DNA from: Podarcis bocagei
Taxonomy: Eukaryota
Length of the DNA stretch: 64,000 nt
NCBI GenBank assembly: GCA_964188305.1
Contig: OZ076902.1
Strand: one strand, 5' to 3'
Part shown: in pieces, positions 12,614 through 22,964 of the stretch
How positions within the stretch are numbered: the first letter of the stretch is position 1
Layout: every line of letters starts with the position of its first letter
Made by a program: the position numbers and the translations under genes
Notes under the pieces: generated by a model
What the model was told of the DNA's origin: nothing
Seen by the model: only the letters and a program-made list of their open reading frames with translations
Databases searched by the model: none

Positions 12614-13451
12614 TTGTGAGTAAGCGTGAAAGAGGTGAGGGGGAACAACCTAGGACGGCTCCCTCATTAGGCAAAGCCTCTCCTCCTTACAGAGGGGAGG
12701 AGTTGTGAGCAGAAGCCGTTTCCCGCATTGGCGGGGGGTGTTCCAGTCCCTGCCCAGCTGGCCTGGATGCTGCGCCATGCCCCCAGGTAGCCAGCCAATC
12801 AGGTGGAGGCTTGGGGGCGGGGTTTTACCACTCACATGTGGCCGCGGCAGCACTTCCCTTTCATTCCGCTGCTGGTTTTCATCGGATTTAAGTTCATTGC
12901 TTGGTTCTTGACATTGCTATGGACCTGCGGTTGGTTGCCTTCGTTGTCCAAGGGGCCTGGTAGGAATTTTTATCCAACTGGCAAATTGGCACCGGCCATT
13001 TGGTTTTTCGCCTACCTCGTAGCAAATCGTCACAACTTTTAGGTATTGACGGTTAGGCATTTGAATATGTTTGTGTATTGGAGGGCAGGGTGCGGCCATC
13101 GCTTACCCCTCCACTTTATGGGTATTCCGGTAAAGGAATCCAGCGGTCGTGGATCCTGTCCAACGCCCTTGCTGGTGGCTAGGGCCATGGCACGACCCCC
13201 CGGTGACATCAGGGGGAGCTTTCAGTTGTATTTGCATCAACAGGCTCCTCCCACTGGTGGTTAACCCTTGTTAGACTCACCCCTCCCTGAGGGGGTGAAG
13301 TCACGCTCTGTTGTTTTATCCAATGCCTAAGCCAATACCTCTCACATGCTGTAATCAATAAAGTTGTGGCCTTTTTTAGCCCATTAACCTAATATACTGT
13401 GTCCATGTGTCTTTCTTATCCCCAAGCGGGTGGTGGGTCCTTGAATCACAA
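12614..13451 (+). mobile_element. LTR-like repeat, probably a solo Ngaro/DIRS (tyrosine-recombinase retroelement) terminal repeat
   Basis: Bounded by TTGTGA...TCACAA; CCAAT at 12795, GC box 12814-12822, AATAAAGTTGTGGCC at 13357; CpG-richer than flanks; no TSD visible. Confidence 0.55.
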
Positions 13452-14392
13452 AATCACTTTCAGGCCAAGGTGCAAGCAGAAGACAGCCTGGTAACAGCAA
13501 TTCTTGCGTTGGATTGTGGCCAATTTGAGGGCAAGGGAATGAGCCAGGGGAATATCCCCTCTGTGGTTCAGGGCTATCCTCAGGCCGGCTTCTATCTCCC
13601 ATTTGTGCTTCTTTGCAGGGCCTGGAGCACTGGGGTGAGGAAATGAGCATGCTCTGGTGACTCGAGGAGGAGGAGGAGATAGCAGTATCAGAACAATCAA
13701 GACTTCCCGCTCCTGGCAAACGGTCAGCCTGTGAGGCAGTGTTGGGGTCATGCCTTCTTGACTGCCGTGACTCATCTTGCCAGGAGGGAGGGCGGAGAGG
13801 GTTTCAGCACGTCACACAGAGAGGAAGGGAAAGGCCTTGCTGACTCGCTCCTGGGACGCTGGGGGAGGAGAGGCAAACTCCCTGGTAAGTCCCAGAACAT
13901 CCGTAGGAGATCTACTGGGCGCCCACAATGCCAGCCAGCAAACAAGAAGCTTCCATTCAAGCTCCCACGAAGATGCAGCCTCCACTTGCTCAGCAGCGAG
14001 GGTTGCAGGAGGCTGACTGTAAGCCACACCCCATCTAGAAAGTACTGGCAAGACACCAGCCCTCCTTAAAAGTGCTGCATTTTAAACTGGTAGCCATGGC
14101 TGTGCAGTTTCATCGCCAGTCCGGTGCTCCTGAACATGGTTCTCAGCAGCTCTGCATTTAGCCCTTCCACTCGCACAAGGACAATGGTAAGCCCCGTTTC
14201 CAAGAGAGACTTTGAAGCCAGAAAAAGTAAGGTTGGGGAAAGGAAATAAACACTGGGTCCCGCCTGCAGCGAGGGTGGGGATGTCTTGAAGTCCCCTGTC
14301 TGACATGAAAACATCCTCCAAAATGTAGACGAATAAGCCCGTCCCTCCTGCCTCTCAAAGAGCAGCCATTCACTGAAAGAAGACAGCTTCAT

Positions 14393-14550
14393 AAGAACGT
14401 AAGAAAAGCCTGCTGGATCAGGCCAATGCCCATCTAGTCCAGCTTCCTGTTCTCACACTAGCCAACCAGATGCCAGCAAGCAGGATTTGAGAACAAGAGC
14501 AGACTACCCTCCAGGGATTCCCAGCAACCTTCAGGGCCTGGAAGCCTCTT
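14393..14550 (-). mobile_element. Old CR1-clade LINE 3' tail
   Basis: AAGAACGTAAGAAAAGCCTGCTGGATCAGGCCAATGCCCATCTAGTCCAGC; reverse complement of the tails at 35490-35748 and 41745-42055; more copies near 15260, 24790, 30505, 38630. Confidence 0.7.
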
Positions 14551-15453
14551 TTCAAGGCCAAGACTTTGTCTTTGAACATAAATCATGAAGAAGACGTATG
14601 AGCATATGCAGAGTGCAGCTTTCATACTGGGCTCCCAAAGCAGGGCCAAAGAGCTGTCAGAGACAGAGAGAACACAATGGATTTTGAAGGATCCAAAAAT
14701 GAAGCTGCTGTAGCACTGGGAAAGGAGAGGTCTGACTGTTCCGATAACACACTGAGAGGGTGCAGATTCCTTCCTGATTCTGCTTGCAGTGCAGAGAATG
14801 AGAAGTTCAAAGTTCAAAAGGAAATATTTGGGCTCCTTAGCATTTTTTAAATGGACTGTGCAGCCACTCCCTGCCTCCCCCCAACTTGCTTTTGCACAGA
14901 AAACTCAGCAGGTTCAGAAAAGCCCTGCTTTATTGTATATGTAGATATTCAATATTCTTTTGTAAGCTGCCTCAATTTTTAAATTTATATATTGCAATCA
15001 GGTTGTACAAACTAAAAAAGTATCTAAGTAAATCTGACCAAAGGAAGCACTAAGAACAAGCCAGTTCAATATCCAACCCAGCTGTAGCATCCCAATCAGA
15101 CCCCCCCCCCCACCTCTTGCCTCCACCTGCAAAGCAGGCAGATCACTGTGGGACTCCATCACCTCACTGAAAAAGAAAACTGCACAAGTTCCGGCACATG
15201 CAAGGGAACATAAGCCTGCTGGTTTGAGCCAAAGAGGACACATCTGGGACACATTTTTAGATCAGCATCCTGTTCTCACAGTGGCCAACCAGATTCCCCA
15301 GGGGGAATCCTGCAAGCAGGACCTGGGTACCAGAGCACACTCCTCTCCTGTGGTTTTCAGCAACTGGGATTCAGAAGCATTGCTGACTCCCACAGTGGAG
15401 ACACAGCATAGCTATAATGGCTAGGAACCACGTAAGTGACCCATCTGCAAAGC

Positions 15454-15621
15454 CAGTGGCGTAGCGTGGGGGTGCAGGGGGGGCCGGCCACACCGGGCGC
15501 AACATCTGGGGGTTAGGGTTAGGAGGCGCAAATCCACAGGTTAGAGGGCGCAAATCCACGGGTTAGGGGGCGCAAATTACTTGCCTTGCCCCGGGTGCTG
15601 ACAACCCACGCTACGCCACTG
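15454..15621. mobile_element. hAT MITE with internal TTAGGG-containing tandem repeat
   Basis: Perfect 17-bp TIR CAGTGGCGTAGCGTGGG/CCCACGCTACGCCACTG; perfect 8-bp TSD TGCAAAGC (15446-15453, 15622-15629). Confidence 0.92.
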
Positions 15622-16014
15622 TGCAAAGCACATGCTCCCAGTGGAAAGGTGTCCATGCAAGTCAGCCTGGGTGCTTTCACAACTACCTGCAGCTGTAGAA
15701 TCCTGATGTAAGCTAGCAGTTGCCAATTTGGGCGCACATGTGCCCACAGAGGGCTTTCTCTGGTCTCCAAAGGGCTCCCTCCTTCTGCTGAAATTAGGTT
15801 TGACAGAAGTGTTCTGTGTGCAGTTAATTGCACTGTGCGTGGTGCCCAGAACAGTTTTGCTGGTTTACTAATGTGCCTAATTGCTTGGACTATCAACTTC
15901 TCACGATATACAAAATGAATTGTTACCAACATGGGCAGGATATTTCGGAAAAACAAACCAATAAGTATTGGTTTCTAATGCCTTCCAAGTAAACCTTATC
16001 GGGGTGAAAACCTA

Positions 16015-16364
16015 ATGAGGGAGTCAGGTATGTTTAGCTTGGGAAAGAGGAACGGAGAGGAGATATGGTAGCCATCTTCAAAGATCTAAAGGGCCGTCGC
16101 ATGGAGGGGGTCAAGTTTGTTTTCTCCTGCTCCAGAGGTTGGGACCTGAACCAACAGATTCAAGTTATGAGAAAGGAGATTCCCACAATACATCAGGAAG
16201 AACTTCGACAGTGGAACAGGAACATGGTGGACTCTCCTTTGTTGGAGGTTTTGAAGCAGAGGTTGGATGGCCACCTGTCATGGATGCTTTTGTTGAGATT
16301 CCTGCATTGCAGGTGGTTGGACCAGACGATCCGCAGGGTCCCTTCCAACTCTACAATTCTATGA
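16015..16364 (+). mobile_element. CR1 LINE 3' fragment
   Basis: Degenerate ORF2 C-terminus (MVAIFKDLKG...VDSPLLEVLKQRLDGHLSWML) and tail GGTCCCTTCCAACTCTACAATTCTATGAT. Confidence 0.88.
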
Positions 16365-16413
16365 TCCGCAAAGGAAAGCCTTCCCCAGCAGGTTTTACTA
16401 AGAAGCCTTAAGC

Positions 16414-17833
16414 CAGGGGTGTCAAACTCAAATTCATCGGCGGCCGCATCAGCTTTTTGGTCACCCTCAAAGGGCCAGTTGTATCTGTAGGACTTTTTCA
16501 AAGTTATTTTTCCATAGGCACTGGTGTGTGTTGTCTTGAACCTATACACTATTTAATATACCTATTCTAGTACGATTTTAAATAAGAATAGAAGAAGAAA
16601 TAATAATGATTTTTTTAAAAGATGACAAGATGGGCTTCCAGGCAGACTGGAGCTCCAATGGGGAGGAGACAGGAGCCTGTCCCAACAGAGCAGAGCAGAA
16701 GCAAATGTTGCCTCCCCCAGCCCTGCCGCCGCACTCAGGAGTCGGAGGATACGGAGCTGCAGTTTGGACAGCAGCAGTTTCTTCCCTGCAAGGGAGCCCC
16801 AGCGGCACTGCGGGCGTGGGTGGCCAGGATGTCCTGCTGGGGCCCCGAGCTGCTGCAGTTGCTCCCGGGGAGGGGGCTATCCGCCAAGTCCTCCGGCCCG
16901 GAGAAAGCCGATGTGTTGGCGTGGGGAGGGGGGCGGTGTTTCGTAGCCAGGCTCCCGCAGCCAAGTTGCTGGCAGGCTCCCACTTTGCTCCAGCCGCCCA
17001 GATGCCGGCGCAGTCCTCTTCAGGGTGGGAGGCGCCCCTGCTTTGCGGTGTGGCACACCGCCCGCCCGCCTCCCTCCACCCCACTCTGCGCAGCTGAACC
17101 GGCAGCAGCCTCGCCTCTCCCAGCCCAGCCGGGGCGCGCTGCCTGCTGCAGGATCTGCGCCTGGTCCCCGCTCTCCACCCGCCTCCGCCGTTCCCTTCCC
17201 CGCCTGCCGGCCCCGCTATTTACCCACCAGAGCCACCCCCAGCCAGCCCCTGGCCCCGCCGCCCGCGCCCCCGGCCATCTCCTCGCCAGCTGCAGCGCCG
17301 CAGTGGCCTCTATTTGCGGCCCGAGCCAGTGAGTGAGTGGTGTCCCAAGCGTGGCTCTCGCTCGCTGCCCTCGCTGCCAGCCTCCGTGGCTCTCTTGGGC
17401 TCCAAAAGTTGCCGCGCGCACGACCCGCCCCCTCGAGCAGCTGCGCCTGGGAGGCTCCGAGGGGCGGAGGCAGCCGGCTCCGAGCTCGGCTTCGCGGGAC
17501 CGCCTCTTCCGCAGCGAGCCCCGGACTGGACCGAGTGAGCAGAAAGCCTCTTTGCCCGGCCCGCGAGGAGGCGAAAGTTGCGGGACCGGCCAGTAGGCAG
17601 CGCCGTTGGGGCGCGTTGGTTGGAGCCCTATCTGCAAGCAGGCAGGGAAGGCTGTTCACGTGGGTCACTTTTTAGAAAGGCAGAGAGCCTCCGCCGGAGT
17701 GCGGACCCTAAAATCTGGGTCGGGACCAGTAAAAAGGACGAGAAGCTCGCTTCCTCGCCCTTGATGCCACGGGCCACATGACGAGGTCTGGCGGGCCGGA
17801 TTTGGCCCGCGGGCCTTGTGTTTGACACCCGTG
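16414..17833. mobile_element. Non-autonomous hAT (Charlie-like) element, 1420 bp, with GC/CpG-rich cargo
   Basis: TIR CAGGGGTGTCAAAC / GTTTGACACCCGTG (13/14 match); perfect 8-bp TSD CCTTAAGC (16406-16413, 17834-17841); Charlie-type subterminal GGGCCGGATTTGGCCCGCGGGCC; no transposase ORF. Confidence 0.9.
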
Positions 17834-19254
17834 CCTTAAGCATTTTCCATGATGAAGAATTCTGTCCTAATGCAATGGGTGCCACCTCTGCTTGGGCAGC
17901 TGCCTTGGTTTTTCTGAAGATTTTTCTATACCTGTAAATGAGCTCCTTCTCTATTTCTGTTTCGGCCACAAGGCCTCTGCATACAAAGGCCTCTCGCCAC
18001 TGGATGGCACTGAGTGGACACAATGGCTGCAGAGAAGCCAGGCTGAGGCTCTTAAGCAAGCTCTGTAGGCCTGCACTGCCACCCACCCGCATCCTTGCCG
18101 CAATTAGCAGGCCATCACTGGAGAGATTAAGCACCAGAAGGGCTGCTTCCCTCAGCTCAAAAAGCAACAAGGAGAGGAAAGCAAAAGCAGCGCTGGCGAG
18201 AAAGGAAGCGGGCCTTGCTCCCCATTGTAGCTCCGCAGCAGCGCAGAAAGGCTGAGCAGAGCAATGCGCTCCAGTTGCAGAGATTAAAAGGGAGAGGAGC
18301 ACCGGGGGCCAGATGGGGAAGCAAAATTGGGGGGGGGAGGCTTTGCAGCAACATGGAAATAAATTATCTCATTTTGAGGACTAGTGCCCACCCTCCATAC
18401 GTGAGAGAGCAAGAGAGCGAGAGCACACCCTTCAAGGCACACTGACGTTACTAGTGTTGTAAATAATGACAAAGAAGCAGCTCACCACAGAGAATACAAA
18501 CACCTCCCCATCTCTCCCAGTCAGCCTTGGCCCTCACCTCATTAGGATGCTACAGGGCTCCCTTCAAAGCTGGTATGCTACCCTGAGACACTAGCAGATA
18601 AACAGGCTCCCTCTCCTCCCACATGAGAGCCCTTCCAGCCAGCATTTTCAGCTGCAGTTCAATTAGCATCCCATTTAATGCAACCTTCTATGGCCTCTAG
18701 CTTTCCATTATTAATCACTATTTACATGGATACAGCTTGCACGATGTCGGGTCATTAATACACAAGATTTCACAGATAGTGGAGACACAGCGACTTGCCT
18801 AGAGCCTCTCTAACTGAGCCAAGACTGGAACCCAGATCTCTGGGGTTTAACTGCACAAACACTGCCCAGAGGCTCTGATGGCTGAACCTCCCGTCTACCC
18901 AAGTACCCTCCAGTCTAGATCCAGTCCAAAACATGAAGCTCCAATAGTTATTTTGCAAGAGCCCATTCAATACGGAAACACTTTGGACATCCCTCCGCTC
19001 CCACCCGGAGGTCCCTCAAGAACTAAATCAGCCAAAAGATGGATGTAGAAATGACTGAAAATGGAAGTTTGTCTGAAAGCACCTGGGAGAATTTTCACTG
19101 GACATTATTTTAGGCCTGGTGATGATGAAGGCAGCAAAAAAGGCCACCTAAGATTAGAACCTAAGAAGAACCCTGCTAGGTGAGACAAAAGAGAATTCTT
19201 TTAGTTCAGCATACTACTTCTTAGAGGGGACAATGTGATGACAGTGAGGAAGAG

Positions 19255-19410
19255 TGATAGCTCAGTGGCAGAGCACATCCTTTGCATGCAGAAGGTTCCA
19301 GGTTCAATCCCTGGGATCTCCAGGAAGGGTTTAGAGAGACTCCCATCAGCTCCAGCCAGTGGGAAATGTAGTCCAAAATATCTGGAGGGCACCAGGTTAG
19401 GGAAGGCTGC
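19255..19410 (+). mobile_element. tRNA-Ala SINE head fused to half of a palindromic hAT MITE
   Basis: TAGCTCAGTGGCAGAGCAC...TTGCATGCAGAAGGTTCCAGGTTCAATCCC, then ...TGTAGTCCAAAATATCTGGAGGGCACCAGGTTAGGGAAGGCTG. Confidence 0.7.
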
Positions 19411-19624
19411 CCTCAAGGTTCCATTCCCGTCACCAGGACTAGTCCAATTCCCTTCCCAAATGCTGGTTGAGCCCCCACCCCGCACCCTCACAGACACATA
19501 TTCTCTTGCAGCCAGTACTGGGGGCATAAAGAAAGAAAACGGTTGTGTGTGGATGTGCATGGATGCCACCCCCCACATAAGAACACCGCACCCCAAAAGG
19601 TGCCAGCAGGACTGTAGCACTCAC

Positions 19625-19765
19625 CTCTCCCTTTTGGACTGTCATGGATTGTCTCCTGGGTGTGATCTCCTCATTGATACTAGACAGGAAGTTCTGGGAG
19701 ATGCGGAGGGCATCCTGAAGAAGAGGGTAGTCAGGGTGGCTTGATGGAGTATGCTTCAGTAGATC
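19625..19765 (-). CDS. BCR: BCR exon 8 (141 bp), end of DH domain
   Basis: tgcag|GAT...GAG|gtgagt; [47 protein letters not shown]. Confidence 0.97.
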
Positions 19766-21189
19766 CTGCACCGCCAAGAGGAAGAGAAAAAGTTCAGAGA
19801 ATGGCAGCTGGAAATACAAGGAGCTTCATATCAACAGGCCTTCCTAGGCCCCAGCAGGAGAGCCACACAGGCTCACCTTAGCGGCAGCAGTTTTATCTTC
19901 CAGCTACCACTTTATCTTTCATCACCACCACTAGTTACAGTCCTGTTACTGCAGATGGCTCTTTACCAAGCAACATAAGCAAAAGAAGACAGGGCCCCAT
20001 TCCAGGGAGGCAACAACTCAACATTTATCAGGAAGGAAGGAAGAAAAAGGGTAGGCTGTTTCAGGACTAAGCGGCAGCAAAGGTTAGGGGCATCTGGGGG
20101 AGCAAGAGACCTTTGAAAGGAGGCTGGGCATGGTGGAACTGAAGGAACACAACTCACGGGAGTGTATGGGGCACTGGAGAGATTGAGGCAGCAGGTGGGT
20201 AGGAAGGTCACAGAGGGCTGTGAGGAGCAAGCGGCTTGTGGCAGATGTGGAAGAGGAGAGACTTTCATGGGAGCTGAGTGCCTTCCTTCCCAGCAGAACC
20301 CGACAAAATCCAGGGACTTTTCAGAAAAAAGCAACAAAGACCTCCCAGTTTTGTCTGGCTTCCAGGTTTATGTAGGCATGGGGTAATTTTAAGCTGCTTG
20401 AGTATTATAATCCAGTAGTGTACTGTGTTATATTTGCTCTGAACATTTGTTTGAATAAAGAAACCAAGCCAAGTCCTTAGGGCAGCCAATTTCTACCCTA
20501 AATACACACCCATACCCCCTTTGTATTTTTAATGGCAAACAAAGGGGTTGGGGGGATCTAAGCTGTAAGCAAGAGCACAGCTGGAAACCTGAACTGATAA
20601 CATGCTAAACCCAGATATGAAGGAGCAGCTGAATGTTCCCCACCCCAGTTCTGAAGCTGGGGCACAGCAAGGGCATTTTCCAGGGTACTTCAAGCAACTC
20701 TTTTCCAAGGGAATTTATCTTCATAAAGCTTCCCGATATTCAATGGCCAGCAAAGCATCATCTTCTCCTGAAGTTTGTCTTCGGAACAAAGCGCACCATG
20801 GTACAGGAAACCCAGCGTCAAATCTCACAATGTTGTTTCTTTCAATCAAATGTGATTTTGCGCAAGCAGCAACAGTGTTGTGAAATGGAGACAAGGGTTA
20901 AAGAAAAACCACTTCCTCCAAGACTGCCTGTGGAAATGCTGGGAGACTGGATCGTGGCCCTCCTGCACTACATGGAGGGTCTGAGCAAAGGCAGTAGCCC
21001 TACACAAAGACCACTCTGAAAACAGACACCCCCAAAGAGGATTCGAAAGGGAAGACTTACCTTTATCTTTTTTAAAAAACCACAATGTCACTCAGCACAC
21101 TGGGAAAGGGGGTAAAAAGCACAACGCCATCTTTGCCTGTGGTATGGCTGTTTGGCTACATATTTTTGCAACTATTATGAGTCCTATTA

Positions 21190-21514
21190 CAGTGGGACGA
21201 ATGTCTCACAAGACGGAAAACTCGCTAGACGAAAGAGTTTTCCGTTTTGGAGGTGCTTCGCAAAACGAATTTCCTATGGGCTTGCTTCGCAAGACGACAA
21301 TGTCTTGCGAGTTCCTGCTGGTTTTTTTCCTTCCCCCCCTTTTTCTAAGCCGCTAAGCCGCTTATCAGCTGATCCGATCAGCAGATAAGCCGCTAAAAGC
21401 CGCTAGTAGCGCTAATCCGCTAATCCTTCAATGGGCTTGCTTCGCAAGACGAAAAAACCCGCTAGACGAAGAGAATCACAGAACGGATTCTTTTTGTCTT
21501 GCGAGGCACCACTG
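21190..21514. mobile_element. Tigger/pogo-like MITE, family C
   Basis: TA|CAGTGG(gacgaa)TGTCTCACAAGAC ... GTCTTGCGAGGCACCACTG|TA; repeated CGCAAGACGA/CGCTAGACGA internal motifs. Confidence 0.82.
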
Positions 21515-21577
21515 TATATATAAACCTCAAGCCTTCCCCGTCTGCTCATTCCCAGCTTGCTGTTCAAAGCAACTTAC

Positions 21578-21630
21578 ATGGAGCACAAGGGTGCTGCGTG
21601 TGACTCGGTCCACTGGCTTGTAAAGGAGAG
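21578..21630 (-). CDS. BCR: BCR exon 7 (53 bp)
   Basis: ccacag|CT...CAT|gtaagt; (T)LLYKPVDRVTRSTLVLH. Confidence 0.96.
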
Positions 21631-21773
21631 CTGTGGAGAAAGGAAGACGACAGGTCTCACATGAGCTGCACTGCTTGGTAGACCCATATAACCCACACAA
21701 CTGCAGGGATAAAAGCCCAGCTCAAGAGAAAGGAAAGTATTCTGCCAACCTAATCCGTGAGTGCACTACTCAC

Positions 21774-21834
21774 TTTCTAAGGAGTTTTTCGTCGTCTGCT
21801 CTTTTGAATCCTTGGTGCTTCTAGCCTTGAGATT
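21774..21834 (-). CDS. BCR: BCR exon 6 (61 bp)
   Basis: tcatag|AAT...GAA A|gtgagt; NLKARSTKDSKEQTTKNSLE(T). Confidence 0.95.
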
Positions 21835-22856
21835 CTATGAAAGGGGAGAAAGAAAACATCCACTGGGTTAAGTTTTCTTCAGAGTGGAGCAGGGAGCTGC
21901 CAGCTGTCCCCTACTTAGCTTAATCAAGCCCTCTGTTGACATGAAGTAGGCACCCAAGCATTTGCCATGCAAAGGCAACTCTAGTCCAGTGGTCAACTCC
22001 ATCCTTGCACAGTGCTTTTTGCTACCTTTGGCAGCTGTGTCTATGGCTCCCCTGAAGACATGGCAAGCCCCGCCCCTCTTCTGCCCTTCTGCCACACTTG
22101 ATTTGCAGTACCTGGTTTGGGGTGTCCTGGCACAGTTTGGGCACGATCTTGAAAACAAGGATATCACCCACTTAAGCTGTGATTTCCTTTCAGCAGTACC
22201 AGGCTAGGCTCAACTGCTAGGCAGGAGTGACCCAACTTGCAAGAACCCTCAAGAAGCTATTGCACAAGGTACCCTACTCAAGACGGCTTCTCTCCCAAAG
22301 GACACCCAGCAGCATTGCAATTCCACTTGAGAAACCCTCCACCTTTCTAGTGCCACTCCACGTCACTCCACTTGAGGCTAACGAAGGCCTGCCATTTCCC
22401 AGACAGAGGGTGATGCTCGCCACTCAAGTGGGCTTGTTCACCTCTCTTTTGCTAATGATAATTTCACTGCAGGAGTTCAGACCCTCCCATCCTGCCCCTT
22501 GCATGGCACGGAGGTGGTGCCAGAGCAGCTCAAAGCCCCTCCAGCAGAGTGTGCAAGGGGGATCACCTAATTAGACTTCGTATCACTGCAAAGGTTAATT
22601 GGGGTGGCCTCAAGACAAGAACCTTGAGAGGTCTTGGGTCGCATTAAGGGCCGCAGCACGTGAGATGGGCAGAACTGACAAGACTGGAAGCTTCTCCTGT
22701 GCAAGCCGCCCACTGAAATGAACAGGAGCTGAGAGAGAGAGAGGAAGAGAGCGCACCACCTTTGAAGGGCAAGTGCTGCAGGGACATCCCAAGGGCTCCA
22801 TCTGAGCGCATTAGTCAGAACGAGTCGCTGCACGTGTCTGAACATCATAACGTTAC

Positions 22857-22964
22857 CTCGGAGATTTCTGCGAACTGAGCGTTGGCCTGACAACACTTCT
22901 CTGCCGTCTCCATGGCAACCTCATAGTTATCCACGAAGGCCCGGTACACTCCCAGCTGGCTGGC
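22857..22964 (-). CDS. BCR: BCR exon 5 (108 bp), DH domain
   Basis: ctgcag|GCC...GAG|gtaacg; [36 protein letters not shown]. Confidence 0.96.

Noticed and set aside
14260-14375. Minus-strand GLFVYILEDVFM, reminiscent of the ABR short-isoform N-terminus
   Set aside because: Wrong intron for that exon, no convincing in-frame donor, and the similarity is too short.
16578-17781. Many overlapping 100-236 aa ORFs in all frames
   Set aside because: Expected from stop-codon scarcity in very GC-rich DNA; Pro/Ala/Arg-rich with no transposase or domain motifs (only the 16735-16983 frame is kept as a candidate).
17628-18302. 224-aa minus-strand ORF
   Set aside because: Crosses the hAT terminus and TSD, and has no recognisable homology.
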